From IMG/VR virus record IMGVR_UViG_3300042887_000598, positions 5,921 to 69,920 of that record: a stretch of DNA of 64,000 bases; one strand, 5' to 3'. Origin of the DNA: a virus. Below, in pieces: positions 11,602 to 21,497 of the stretch. The position numbers were made by a program, and so were the translations under genes. How positions within the stretch are numbered: position 1 is the first letter of the stretch; the number at the start of each line of letters is the position of its first letter. Below the pieces are notes generated by a model. The model saw only the letters and a program-made list of their open reading frames with translations. It searched no databases and had not been told where the DNA came from.

Positions 11602-12104
11602 TGCTTTCACTCATTTCAACTCTCGGGGGTCTGCTGATCTCCGGCCTGCCCAAGCTGCTGGAGTACTTCCAGAACAAGGCCGATCAGAAACACGAGCTGG
11701 CGCTGGCCCAGATGCAGACCGAGCGTGAACTACAACTGGCTGCTGCTGGTTTTGCCGCGCAAGCCAAGATCGAAGAAATCCGCACCGAGCAGGTGGCAAT
11801 GCAGACCGAAGCGCAAATGACTGAAGCGGCGCTGGAGCATGACGCCAAGGTTCTGGAGAAGGCCTCCGTATGGGTTTCCAACTACGTGGGCACAGTGCGC
11901 CCCACAGTGACCTACATCTTCGTGTTTGAGTTGGTCGCCATCAACGTGTTTATGTGCGCCTACCTGTGGAACAACCCCCAACTGATTCAGAGCATGGATG
12001 ATGTGATCCGCTACTCTGACATCCTGTTTTCCAGCGACGAAATGGCTATGCTTGGGGGAATTTTAGGCTTTTGGTTCGGGTCACGGACTTGGAGCAAGAA
12101 GTGA
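11601..12104 (+). CDS. putative holin (3TM-holin-like)
   Basis: VRPTVTY motif, TM helices, C-terminal ILGFWFGSR; directly upstream of lysozyme. Confidence 0.7.
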   Translation: MLSLISTLGGLLISGLPKLLEYFQNKADQKHELALAQMQTERELQLAAAGFAAQAKIEEIRTEQVAMQTEAQMTEAALEHDAKVLEKASVWVSNYVGTVRPTVTYIFVFELVAINVFMCAYLWNNPQLIQSMDDVIRYSDILFSSDEMAMLGGILGFWFGSRTWSKK

Positions 12105-12607
12105 AACTGAGCAAGGCGGGCGAAGACCTGATGCACAAGTACGAGGGCTTTCGCTCTCGGCCATATCTTTGCCCAGCTCACATCTGGACGATTGGCTACG
12201 GCCACGTCCTGTACCAAGAACAGATCAGGCTGCCTGTGGTGCGCGTGGAGGGTAAGACCATTCCCATGATTCGCAAAGAGATGCCCCTGAAACCGGAGGA
12301 CAATCGTGTCTGGACGAAAGCAGAGATCGACCAATTATTCCGTGAGGACGTCGCAACTTTTGAACGTGGTGTTCTACGACTTGTTCCCGGCGTGGTTGGC
12401 CGTCAAGGCAGCTTTGACGCTCTGGTCTCTATAAGTTTTAACTTCGGGCTGGGCAACTTGCAACGCAGCACCATCCGCATGAAAGCCAACAGGGGGGATT
12501 GGGAAGGCGCAGCCGAGGCGTTCCGTGCTTGGACCAAGGGCGGCGGCAAAGTCCTGCCGGGTTTGGTCAAGCGCCGGGAAGCAGAGATTGCGCTGTTCCT
12601 AAGTTAA
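12101..12607 (+). CDS. endolysin, GH24 (T4/P21-like) lysozyme
   Basis: EG.RSRPYLCPAHIWTIGYGH, FDALVSISFNFG, GLVKRREAE; probable GTG start at 12101. Confidence 0.92.
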   Translation: MKLSKAGEDLMHKYEGFRSRPYLCPAHIWTIGYGHVLYQEQIRLPVVRVEGKTIPMIRKEMPLKPEDNRVWTKAEIDQLFREDVATFERGVLRLVPGVVGRQGSFDALVSISFNFGLGNLQRSTIRMKANRGDWEGAAEAFRAWTKGGGKVLPGLVKRREAEIALFLS

Positions 12608-12638
12608 GTGCGAAAATGTCGCAAAACTAAGGTGACCC

Positions 12639-14546
12639 ATGCCCCTGAAGTCCATAATCTTTCGCCCCGGTGTAAACCGAGAGCAAACCCGCTACGCCGC
12701 CGAAGCAATCGGCGCGGTGACTGCAACTACGCAGGTTGCAGGGGGTTGGTACGAATCCGAAAAAGTCCGCTTTCGCTCTGGCATGCCCGAGAAAATTGGG
12801 GGATGGCAGCGCATTTCTTCAAGCATATTCCTTGGTGTGTGCCGGTCGCTGTGGAACTGGGTGACACTGGGTGCGTTAAACCTTGTGGGCGTTGGGACAA
12901 ACTTGAAGTTTTACATTGAGCGTGGTGGTGCGTATTACGACATTACCCCCATTCGGGACACTGTTACCCTCACAAACCCTTTTACCGCCACCAACGGTTC
13001 ACCAATTATTACCGTCGCAGATGCGGCCCACGGCTGCGTGACCGGGGACTTTGTGACCTACAGCGGAGCTACAGGCTTGGGCGGCAACATAACCGCCGCA
13101 GTGCTTAACAAAGAGCATCAAATCACCGTAGTGAACTTAAACGTTTACACGATCACTGTTAATGTCAATGCCAATGCTACCGATGTATCAGGCTCCCCCG
13201 GCGGTGGCACGGTAACGGCTGCGTATCAAATTAATGTCGGCCCTGAGTATCAAGTTCCAGTTACAGGCTGGGGTGCTGGCACTTGGGGTTCTGGTCCTTG
13301 GGGAACTGGTACAACTTCTATAGCCAGCTTGCGTTTATGGAGTCAGATTAATTTTGGCGAGGATTTAATCTTTGCGCCTCGTGATGGGCAAATTTACTAC
13401 TGGGACGCCACCACGGGAATTGGAACTCGCGGTGTGTTGTTGTCGTCTTTGGGTGGCGCATCGGATGTTCCGACTGTGCAAAAGTTTATTTTCGTCTCGG
13501 ACATCAGCCGATTTGTTTTTGCTTTTGGTTGCAATGAACTTGGCAGTGCGGTTCAAAACCCCATGTTGATTCGTTGGTCAGATCAGGAGTCGGCTGCAGA
13601 TTGGACGCCTTCAGCCACAAGTCAAGCTGGCGGCATTCAGTTGTCTGACGGGTCTGAGTTGGTAACTTGCTTGCAAACTCGACAGGAAATTGTAGTTTGG
13701 ACCGATTCTGCCCTGTATTCAATCCAATACGTGGGCGTGCCTGCTGTGTGGAGCACCCAGCTTCTGGCAAGTAACATTTCCATATACGGCCCAAACGCCA
13801 AAGCAGTGGCCTCCGGTGTGATTTACTGGATGGGCGTGGACAAGTTCTACAAGTACGACGGTCGCACTCAGACCCTGCGCTGCGATCTGCGCCAGTACAT
13901 CTTCAGCGACATCAATCAGCTACAGAATGAGCAAGTGTTTGCCAGCACCAATGAAGGCTTTAATGAGGTCTGGTGGTTCTACTGCTCCGCTGGTAGCAAC
14001 GTGGTGAATAAGTACGTGGTGTACAACTACGCAGAGGACATCTGGTACTACGGCACGATGGGCCGCACAGCATGGCTGGACTCTGGCTTGCGCGACTACC
14101 CGCTGGCTGCAACGTACACGCGCAACTTGGTTAACCACGAGCAAGGTGTGGATGACAATGAAACGGGAACTGCTCTGCCTATTGCGGCATCAATTGGCTC
14201 GTCTGAGTTTGATATTGATGACGGCCACAACTTTGGCTTTATTTGGCGCGTACTGCCTGACATAACCTTCCGCAATTCCACTGGCGAACTGACTCCTCAA
14301 TGCACCATGACGTTGATCCCAATGAGGAATTCTGGTTCTGGATTTACAACCCCAGCCTCCACAAACAACACCAGTTCCGCACAGATTCAGCGCATTGCCA
14401 CGGCTCCGATTGAAGAGTTTACGGGGCAGGTGTACATTCGGGTGCGAGGCAGGCAGCTTATTTTTAAGGTGGATTCAAATCGACTTGGTACGACGTGGCA
14501 GCTTGGCGTGCCTCGGATTGACCTCAAAAAAGATGGCATGAGGTAA
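12639..14546 (+). CDS. tail hub / packaged-DNA stabilization protein (P22 gp10-like)
   Basis: 635-aa beta-rich protein with IRWSDQE motif; position typical of podoviruses. Confidence 0.65.
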   Translation: MPLKSIIFRPGVNREQTRYAAEAIGAVTATTQVAGGWYESEKVRFRSGMPEKIGGWQRISSSIFLGVCRSLWNWVTLGALNLVGVGTNLKFYIERGGAYYDITPIRDTVTLTNPFTATNGSPIITVADAAHGCVTGDFVTYSGATGLGGNITAAVLNKEHQITVVNLNVYTITVNVNANATDVSGSPGGGTVTAAYQINVGPEYQVPVTGWGAGTWGSGPWGTGTTSIASLRLWSQINFGEDLIFAPRDGQIYYWDATTGIGTRGVLLSSLGGASDVPTVQKFIFVSDISRFVFAFGCNELGSAVQNPMLIRWSDQESAADWTPSATSQAGGIQLSDGSELVTCLQTRQEIVVWTDSALYSIQYVGVPAVWSTQLLASNISIYGPNAKAVASGVIYWMGVDKFYKYDGRTQTLRCDLRQYIFSDINQLQNEQVFASTNEGFNEVWWFYCSAGSNVVNKYVVYNYAEDIWYYGTMGRTAWLDSGLRDYPLAATYTRNLVNHEQGVDDNETGTALPIAASIGSSEFDIDDGHNFGFIWRVLPDITFRNSTGELTPQCTMTLIPMRNSGSGFTTPASTNNTSSAQIQRIATAPIEEFTGQVYIRVRGRQLIFKVDSNRLGTTWQLGVPRIDLKKDGMR

Positions 14547-14549
14547 TCA

Positions 14550-15935
14550 ATGACTTTAATTGTTACCTCCGATTTTGAGCTGCAGAAGATAGCTCCGCCG
14601 TCTTTGCCTCTGGCTACCAATGAATACTCTCAGGCGTACCAAGACCAACTTAACAACGTCTTGCGGTTGTACTTCAACCGCTTGCAAAGCATATTGGGGC
14701 AACTCGTGGCATCAGATACATCCGTTCCAATTTCATTCCCGCCAACCGCTCTGGATGCTTTTGGTCGCCAACGTGTAAGCCAGCCTTACACCTTGTTTGA
14801 CAGCCAGCAACGCTACGCTGCCGACAACCAGTTCGATACCAGCACAGCCAACGGAGGATCAACCACATTCTTGACCAACGAGTCCTCGGTGCAGATGTCG
14901 GTAGCGGCCACCACCAACTCGCAGGCTGTGCGCCAGTCCTTCCGCTCCATGTCGTACCAACCGGGCAAGGGATTGTTGGTGCTTGCAACCTTTGCAATGA
15001 ACACGCCCACGGCTAACATCCGCCAGCGGGTGGGTTACTTCAACACGCAGAACGGGGTGTTCTTTCAGGCCAACGGCACAACGCTGTCAATGGTGCTGCG
15101 TTCCAACTCGCTGCCCACACCCGGCACTCCCAGCGACGTTCGGACCATAAACCAAGCCGATTGGAACGGCGACAAGCTGAACGGCACAGGGCCATCAGGG
15201 TTAACCCTTGATCCAAGCAAGACGCAGATTTTTTGGTGCGATTTTGAATGGCTGGGCGTCGGCTCGGTGCGTACAGGCTTTGTGATTAACGGCCAGTACA
15301 TCATCTGCCACACCTTCAACAACGCCAACGACATCAGCTCGGTCTACATGACCACTGCCATCTTGCCGGTGCGTTATGAGATCACAAACCTGTCCAACCT
15401 CGTCACGGCCAGCATGAAACAGATTTGCTCGACCGTGATGTCTGAGGGTGGCTACGAGCAGTACTCCCCAAGCCATTTGGCGCGGCGCACCACCAAGCTG
15501 ACCAACATTCAACTGACGTTTAAACCCATCGTGTCGATCCGTTTGGCGTCTACAGCGCTGGGCGCAGTGGTGGTTCCGGGTAGGATGCAGGTGCTGCCAA
15601 TCACAAGCCAGAGCTACGAGGTGGCGCTGTTCTTTAACTCGACCCTGACGGGCGCATCTTGGGCTGCTGTGGATACGGATGCCAACGTGGAGTTTGACAC
15701 CTCTGCCACGGCCATGACAGGCGGCACGCTGGTTCAAACGGACTACGTGACAGCAAGCGGCTCGGGCGGCCAACAGCCGCTGGTTGACCCCTCCGGGTAC
15801 AACTGGGCTCTTCAGTTAGGCGTTTCCTTGGCTGGAGCCAGCGATGTGTTGACGCTTGCCATCCGCACAGTGGATTCCGCAACCCCTGCGGGCGACTGCT
15901 ACGGCACAATCGCCTTCTGGGACTTGACGCAATAA
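14550..15935 (+). CDS. virion tail protein (needle/spike-like N-terminus plus beta-sandwich domain)
   Basis: N-terminal PPSLPLAxxEY...QLNNVLRLYFNRL helix followed by a DAFGRQRVSQPYTLFD domain. Confidence 0.6.
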   Translation: MTLIVTSDFELQKIAPPSLPLATNEYSQAYQDQLNNVLRLYFNRLQSILGQLVASDTSVPISFPPTALDAFGRQRVSQPYTLFDSQQRYAADNQFDTSTANGGSTTFLTNESSVQMSVAATTNSQAVRQSFRSMSYQPGKGLLVLATFAMNTPTANIRQRVGYFNTQNGVFFQANGTTLSMVLRSNSLPTPGTPSDVRTINQADWNGDKLNGTGPSGLTLDPSKTQIFWCDFEWLGVGSVRTGFVINGQYIICHTFNNANDISSVYMTTAILPVRYEITNLSNLVTASMKQICSTVMSEGGYEQYSPSHLARRTTKLTNIQLTFKPIVSIRLASTALGAVVVPGRMQVLPITSQSYEVALFFNSTLTGASWAAVDTDANVEFDTSATAMTGGTLVQTDYVTASGSGGQQPLVDPSGYNWALQLGVSLAGASDVLTLAIRTVDSATPAGDCYGTIAFWDLTQ

Positions 15936-15944
15936 GGATACGAC

Positions 15945-16067
15945 ATGACGCTTAAAGAAATTCTTGCGATTGACGCACTAACCCCGACATTTGGCGCTAC
16001 CGTGGTTGGTGGCGGAGCAGTGGCCGTACCCGTATATTCAGATGGCACTAACTGGAAAGTTGGCTAA
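15945..16067 (+). CDS. 40-aa mini-ORF, possible relic tail-protein C-terminal domain
   Basis: AAGGA RBS; MTLKEILAIDALTPTFGATVVGGGAVAVPVYSDGTNWKVG; below ORF-track cutoff. Confidence 0.55.
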   Translation: MTLKEILAIDALTPTFGATVVGGGAVAVPVYSDGTNWKVG

Positions 16068-16084
16068 GCCAATAAGGAAAATAT

Positions 16085-19000
16085 ATGTCCACCTCTGAAA
16101 CTTTTAAGAACATATTTGGTCGAGACCCAACAAGCCAAGAGTTAAACGAACTGCGCGGCAGATACGGGGATTCGATTGAGCCGGGTGAGTTTCAGCAATT
16201 TGTTCTGGACAAGCGCGATGTAAACGTTGGCTGGGGCGTTCCCAAAACTAAGCCTGTTACGCCTGTGTATGGCACCCGGACGGCGTATGACCCTGAATAC
16301 GGGCCGTATCAGGAAAGATATGTAACTGGATACACAGACGAGAGCGGAAATGCAGTAGACCAAAGCTCACTTATAGCGATAGACGATTCGGGATGGGAAG
16401 AGGCACCCGGCTCTCGTTATAGATACGAAATGCCAATTGACCAACCATCGTACTCCAGCCTTAACGGAGTTGTTGGCAAACTGACCAGCCAGATTTTAAG
16501 CCAAGGTACAACGGGCAGGTGGGGCGGCGAAGGTTATGGTTCCGCTCAAAAGAGTGCAGCAGACATGGCCCTGCTGCTTACTGCTGCTGGCCTTACCGAC
16601 ATCAATCAGTTTGGTATGGTTCCAGATTACAGACCTGTTCAAGAAATTGGCAGAGCATATAACGGCCAAGAAGTTTTTCAAGTTAGTGACGAGTACAGCG
16701 TTTATCCTGCTATTAGGCAGCCTGATGGTGGGACGGATGAAAACGGCTACCCCACCTTTAGATATATTCCAGTTCCAAGCGGTGCCAAGACTGAGCCTTT
16801 GTACGGTTTAACTGGAGCTGGTGACCCCACGCCGGTAGATCAGTCGAAAGTCAAAAACGTAAACGGCCAGATGGTAGCGGAAGTTGGGACAACCTACGGC
16901 AACAAGGCTACCGGTCAGGCCATCAACCCTTACTACGATAAGGCGTCTGGCAACACTTGGAGTGGCACTTTTGCGGGAGAAGGGTCAACCGCCTACAAGG
17001 TTCAATTCCAGCCTGACGGCACGCCGATCTTCTACAGCCAGTACGGCGGGTCAAGCAATGACTTAGCCAATATCCTTGGCGACAACAAAATATTGAACAT
17101 CGCTGCAAACGTAGCTGCTGCAACATTTGGCGGGCCTGCTGGGGTTGCTGCGTTGCAGTTGGCCCAAGGTCGCGATGCTGACGACGCGCTCAAAGCTGCT
17201 GCACTTACATACATTGGCAATGAGGTCTCTTCTGCGGTCACTGGCTCCAAGGAGATTGTGGATGCACTCGGCAAGACTGGTGCGCAAGTTGCAGGCAACA
17301 CCGCTGCAGCCATTGCGACAGGGCAGGACCCTGAGAAAGCCCTGCTGGCCTCTTTGATTCAAGCTGCGCCCATTGAGCTTGGAAAGCAGTTCCCTGACTT
17401 TGCAAAACTGCCACGCGCAGCTCAAGAAGCAGCAGTTGCGGCCACAGTTGATTTGATGAAGACCGGAGGCGACAACCTTGAGCAGGCTGCTATTCTTGGG
17501 ATGTCCAGAGGTGCAACCGATTACGCCCTTGGTCAGATTGATGAGTTCAAGGACCTGCGCCCAGCGCAGCAGGAGATTGTTCGCACCCGAGTCAGCAATG
17601 TGCTTGGCGGCGAGAGCCTGAGCACGCAGGCTCTTCAGGGTGCAATCAGCCTTGGGCGAGAGGCGGCCAAGAACGAAACCAAGACAGGCGGCGTAACCAA
17701 TCGCGTTGTGGACGAAGCCATCCCGCAAGGAGGGGTTGAGCAGAAACTTGCTGATGCAGGACTGACTCAGGATCTGACTCCCGAGGAACGAGATCAACTG
17801 CTTGCAGATTTGGGGATTGCGGCCCCACCAACTCCGGGTCCGGGGACGCAATATGCGCAGGCCCTTCCAGTTCCCATCTCGGACGCCGGGGGTGGTGCTG
17901 CTGCGGTACAGCGGCTTGGCTCAGGGTTTGCGGCCAACGATCCAAGGTTTGTCGCAATTGCTAACAAAGCGCCGAGTTTGCGTGCTGCGTTTGATGAGTA
18001 CACAAACACATATGGCTTTGGGTCTGGCGGCGATGCGTCGTATCTAAATGAGCTGCAAACCGCTATGCAAGACCCTGCCGCCAGTGCAGAAGACAAGGCA
18101 TTGTTTGAGTCCGAAATTAACAAGCTTTTGGCAAAAAACCCCACGTTGGCGCCCTACGCCGCTCAGGAGCCGCTTGCCCTTGACCCTTCCGTAATTGACT
18201 TTGGGGAGGTAACAGTTTCGGGTAAGAAGATGACGCCCGAAGAGAAGGCGGCGTTTGACAATCTGAGCCCAAAGGAAACAACTCCAGAAGTTCCGCTATT
18301 TCCTGATTTCATTTCGGAAAAGCTGCTGGAGCAAAACAATAAGCAGAGCGATCTGGATTTTTTAAAGAGCATCGTAAACCCGCCGGTCACTCCCCCAGTC
18401 ACGCCACCCGTTACGCCGCCGGTTACACCTCCGGTCACACCACCCGTGACTCCGCCGGTCACACCAACCACAGCCAATGTCACACCTCAAGAGGTGGAGA
18501 AGATCGTCAGTGATGCACTGAAAGCCAACCCCGGCTTGACTGCGGATAATGTTCAAAAGATTGTGCTGGATGCCATTGCAACAGTGCCGAACCTCACCGC
18601 AGATCAGGTAAAGAACATTGTTGGAGCAGAGGTAGCCAAGATTCCTGTTGGCGCAAGTCCGCAAGATGTTCAAAATGCTGTGATTGCCAGTGCCGCAACC
18701 CAAAACGCAGCAACTGCGCAGGCGATTGCTGACGCCAAAATAGAGCTTGCAAAAGAGATTCAAGCCGCCAAAGATATTGGCCTCCAAGGCGATGCCGCCC
18801 TGCAAGCTGGTCTTAATAGCCTGTCCACAAAGATGGGCATCAACCAAACAGACCTACTTAATAAACTAAACGCCACCGAGGGAACGCTGCGCAGCGAATT
18901 CTCAACAGGTATTGGCAATGTGGCTGGTCAGGTCGGAGACTTGAGTGGTCAGGTTGGTAATTTGAGTGGTCAAGTTGCAGGTTTTGAGGGGCAGCTTACA

Positions 19001-19525
19001 GCGCAGGGCAAGAGTTTTGCAGATCAACTCGTGCGCCAAGGCATGGATTACACAACGGCCTTGCGAACCGCAATTGATGCTCAGTCTGCTTTGTTTGGAA
19101 CCCAAATTGGCGGAGTGCAAGCAGAGATTGCCGCCAATGAAGCTCGACGCATAGCCGACCAACAAGCCGCCGCATCCGCTGCTGAGGCTCAACGTCAGGC
19201 CGACCAAAGAGTAGCCGCAGAACGTGATCGCCAAGCAAACATTCGCGACGTTAGAAGTCGTGCGCAGACGAGAACGCAAGACGTGATGCAGCAGCTTGAG
19301 TCCATGCAAAGGGCGGGTTTGGCTCCGCAACCTGTGCCGCTGGTCGAATCCAGCGCTGGTTTTGATTTGTCGGACCCACTTAACACTGGGTTCTTCAGTG
19401 GATTCCAGAACAAAAAAGCGCAGCAAAATCAGCAGCCAACGACTAAAATCGCCGCAGGTGGGTACATTGACGACCTACTGGCGGGGGACATGACGGCAGA
19501 TGACCTGCTGAACCTCTTACGCTAA
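16085..19525 (+). CDS. large internal virion / ejection protein
   Basis: 1146 aa, Ala/Gln-rich helical regions, PPVT linker; lies in the ejection-protein cluster. Confidence 0.65.
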   Translation: MSTSETFKNIFGRDPTSQELNELRGRYGDSIEPGEFQQFVLDKRDVNVGWGVPKTKPVTPVYGTRTAYDPEYGPYQERYVTGYTDESGNAVDQSSLIAIDDSGWEEAPGSRYRYEMPIDQPSYSSLNGVVGKLTSQILSQGTTGRWGGEGYGSAQKSAADMALLLTAAGLTDINQFGMVPDYRPVQEIGRAYNGQEVFQVSDEYSVYPAIRQPDGGTDENGYPTFRYIPVPSGAKTEPLYGLTGAGDPTPVDQSKVKNVNGQMVAEVGTTYGNKATGQAINPYYDKASGNTWSGTFAGEGSTAYKVQFQPDGTPIFYSQYGGSSNDLANILGDNKILNIAANVAAATFGGPAGVAALQLAQGRDADDALKAAALTYIGNEVSSAVTGSKEIVDALGKTGAQVAGNTAAAIATGQDPEKALLASLIQAAPIELGKQFPDFAKLPRAAQEAAVAATVDLMKTGGDNLEQAAILGMSRGATDYALGQIDEFKDLRPAQQEIVRTRVSNVLGGESLSTQALQGAISLGREAAKNETKTGGVTNRVVDEAIPQGGVEQKLADAGLTQDLTPEERDQLLADLGIAAPPTPGPGTQYAQALPVPISDAGGGAAAVQRLGSGFAANDPRFVAIANKAPSLRAAFDEYTNTYGFGSGGDASYLNELQTAMQDPAASAEDKALFESEINKLLAKNPTLAPYAAQEPLALDPSVIDFGEVTVSGKKMTPEEKAAFDNLSPKETTPEVPLFPDFISEKLLEQNNKQSDLDFLKSIVNPPVTPPVTPPVTPPVTPPVTPPVTPPVTPTTANVTPQEVEKIVSDALKANPGLTADNVQKIVLDAIATVPNLTADQVKNIVGAEVAKIPVGASPQDVQNAVIASAATQNAATAQAIADAKIELAKEIQAAKDIGLQGDAALQAGLNSLSTKMGINQTDLLNKLNATEGTLRSEFSTGIGNVAGQVGDLSGQVGNLSGQVAGFEGQLTAQGKSFADQLVRQGMDYTTALRTAIDAQSALFGTQIGGVQAEIAANEARRIADQQAAASAAEAQRQADQRVAAERDRQANIRDVRSRAQTRTQDVMQQLESMQRAGLAPQPVPLVESSAGFDLSDPLNTGFFSGFQNKKAQQNQQPTTKIAAGGYIDDLLAGDMTADDLLNLLR
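18380..18463 (+). repeat. coding tandem repeat (PPVT)x7, 12-bp unit with synonymous variation
   Basis: ccgccggtcact cccccagtcacg ccacccgttacg ... Confidence 0.9.
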
Positions 19526-19535
19526 AGGAACCGAG

Positions 19536-21488
19536 ATGGACGACTACGACTACTACGACTTTGGGTACGGCGACGAATACATCTACCAACCGGGCGATGA
19601 GGATTACAGCTATACACCCACTTACGATTCGGACTTTGAAAGCCCGTATGACAACTTTGATTACGGCGGATCTCCCGGTGCGGTAGACGCTGGCTCGGGT
19701 AACAAAGTCATCCAATACGATGACGGCTCCTCCATAACCATTGGCCCCGATGGCGCTCCAATTGCAACCACCGATAGCCCTGATGCGGTTGGAAACTCCG
19801 CTGCATTTAATAGAGCGCTTGCTTGGACATCAAAAAATCTTGGACCAAACGGAGTCAGGGCTCTTCAGGCTGCAATGAAAAGCCCCGGTGCAACTTTAGG
19901 TACTGCGCTTGCCGGTATCAAAATGATGACCGGCGGAAACGCTGTTCAAACTGGCGGCTACAGCAAGCCAATCCCAAAGTTTGAGGCGGTGCGCGAGCAG
20001 GTTCAGTACAACGACCCAAACCGCGTTCCCGGTTCCGCTGGTCGCCAGTATTTCACTGACACTCGGTACGTTCCACAGGGCAATGCAGAGGCTCTGGCTG
20101 CTGCCAAAGTCGCATCTGCAGAGCAAGCTGCCGGCCTGCAAGCTGCTGCACGAGCCACACCAGCACCAGCACCCAACCCCTACGCTGGCAAGATGAACTT
20201 GGCCTACGCACAACAGCGTCCAGCACCAACTTCCGGTGAGGGTCTCCCACAAATCCCAACTCAACTTAACGCACAAGGCGGTATTGGTATGGCTGAAGGC
20301 GGCATAGCAGATGCGGGTCGTTACCTGCAAGGAGAGACAGATGGAATGGCTGACAAAATTCCAAGTAGCATTGATGGCGAGCAACCTGCTGCGCTCAGTC
20401 ACGGAGAGTTTGTCATTCCGGCTGACGTGGTTTCTCATCTGGGCAACGGTAACTCTGATGCTGGCGCTCAAAAGCTATATGAGATGATGGATCGAATCCG
20501 TCAGGCTCGCACAGGAACAAAAGAGCAGGGCAAGGAAATCAACCCTGACGAGTTCACCATGGGTGGACTGGCTGCTGCTTACGCTGGCGGCGGATCAGTG
20601 CAGAAGTTCAACACTGGAAACCTTGTAACGGCATCGGCTCCAGCCACGCCTGCAGCTCCAACTCCTTCTGCGAGTGGAGTTGTTCCATACGGAAGCTCGG
20701 CCTCTTCGCAGTTGTCCCCTTGGGCTGGAGACTACGTCACCAACTACCTTGGTCAAGGCGCCGCCGCTGCTGCTGCACCATACCAAGCGTACACGGGCCC
20801 ACTGACTGCTGGAGCATCAGACCTTCAGCAGCAGGCCTTTGCTGGATCGAGTGAGATGGCTGCGGCTGGATACACGCCGGGTCAGTTCACCGGTTCGTTC
20901 TCTCCGCAAATGGCCCAGCAGTACATGAACCCGTACATTCAGGCTGCACTCGATCCTCAGTTGAAAGAGCTCAAGCGCCAATCTGACATCGCTCGTCTGG
21001 ATGATGCTGCACGTCTAACCAAAGCTGGCGCGTTTGGCGGTAGCCGTCAGGCCATCATGGAATCCGAGGGCCGTCGCAACCTGCTGGACAAACAAGCTGG
21101 ATTGCTGGGAACCGGTTACAAGACTGCCTACGATGTGGGTCAGCAGCAGTTTGCCAAAGACCGTGGCGAAGAAGAAGCGTCGCGTCAGTTTGGTGCAAAC
21201 TTCGGCCTCAGGAGTCTTGATCAACTGTCCGGTCTTGGCGCAACTCAGCGCGGCATTACATCCGAAGGATTGGCTGCTGACAAGGCGCAGTTTGAAGAGC
21301 AGCGTGACTTTATGTACAAGATGCCGCAGTACCAGAAAGACCTGCTGCAGGGTCTTCCAATCACAACGACTGCGACTACCAGCAACACTACCGAGTTGGG
21401 AAGAATTGCATCCGGTCTGGCCGACCTGCAAGACTTGTACAAGAAGCTGTCAAATCTTGGCGTAACACCCGCAGCACCTAAGCCGTAA
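19536..21488 (+). CDS. internal virion / DNA ejection (pilot-like) protein
   Basis: ADKIPxxIDGEQPAALSHGEFVIPADVVS.LGNG motif; YMNPYIQAAL and AGAFGGSRQAI motifs. Confidence 0.65.
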   Translation: MDDYDYYDFGYGDEYIYQPGDEDYSYTPTYDSDFESPYDNFDYGGSPGAVDAGSGNKVIQYDDGSSITIGPDGAPIATTDSPDAVGNSAAFNRALAWTSKNLGPNGVRALQAAMKSPGATLGTALAGIKMMTGGNAVQTGGYSKPIPKFEAVREQVQYNDPNRVPGSAGRQYFTDTRYVPQGNAEALAAAKVASAEQAAGLQAAARATPAPAPNPYAGKMNLAYAQQRPAPTSGEGLPQIPTQLNAQGGIGMAEGGIADAGRYLQGETDGMADKIPSSIDGEQPAALSHGEFVIPADVVSHLGNGNSDAGAQKLYEMMDRIRQARTGTKEQGKEINPDEFTMGGLAAAYAGGGSVQKFNTGNLVTASAPATPAAPTPSASGVVPYGSSASSQLSPWAGDYVTNYLGQGAAAAAAPYQAYTGPLTAGASDLQQQAFAGSSEMAAAGYTPGQFTGSFSPQMAQQYMNPYIQAALDPQLKELKRQSDIARLDDAARLTKAGAFGGSRQAIMESEGRRNLLDKQAGLLGTGYKTAYDVGQQQFAKDRGEEEASRQFGANFGLRSLDQLSGLGATQRGITSEGLAADKAQFEEQRDFMYKMPQYQKDLLQGLPITTTATTSNTTELGRIASGLADLQDLYKKLSNLGVTPAAPKP

Positions 21489-21497
21489 GGAAAAAAT

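Noticed and set aside
17692-17713. Possible self-target of the gene-proximal guide (GTA ACC AAT CGC GTT GTG GAC matches GT-AC-AA-CG-GT-x-GA)
   Set aside because: The first two dinucleotides and one later base mismatch; a partial gapped match of this size is plausible by chance. An exhaustive self-target search was not possible by eye
18380-18463. 12-bp tandem repeat as a regulatory or guide array
   Set aside because: Variation is confined to synonymous positions of a (PPVT)7 linker, so it is a protein-level repeat
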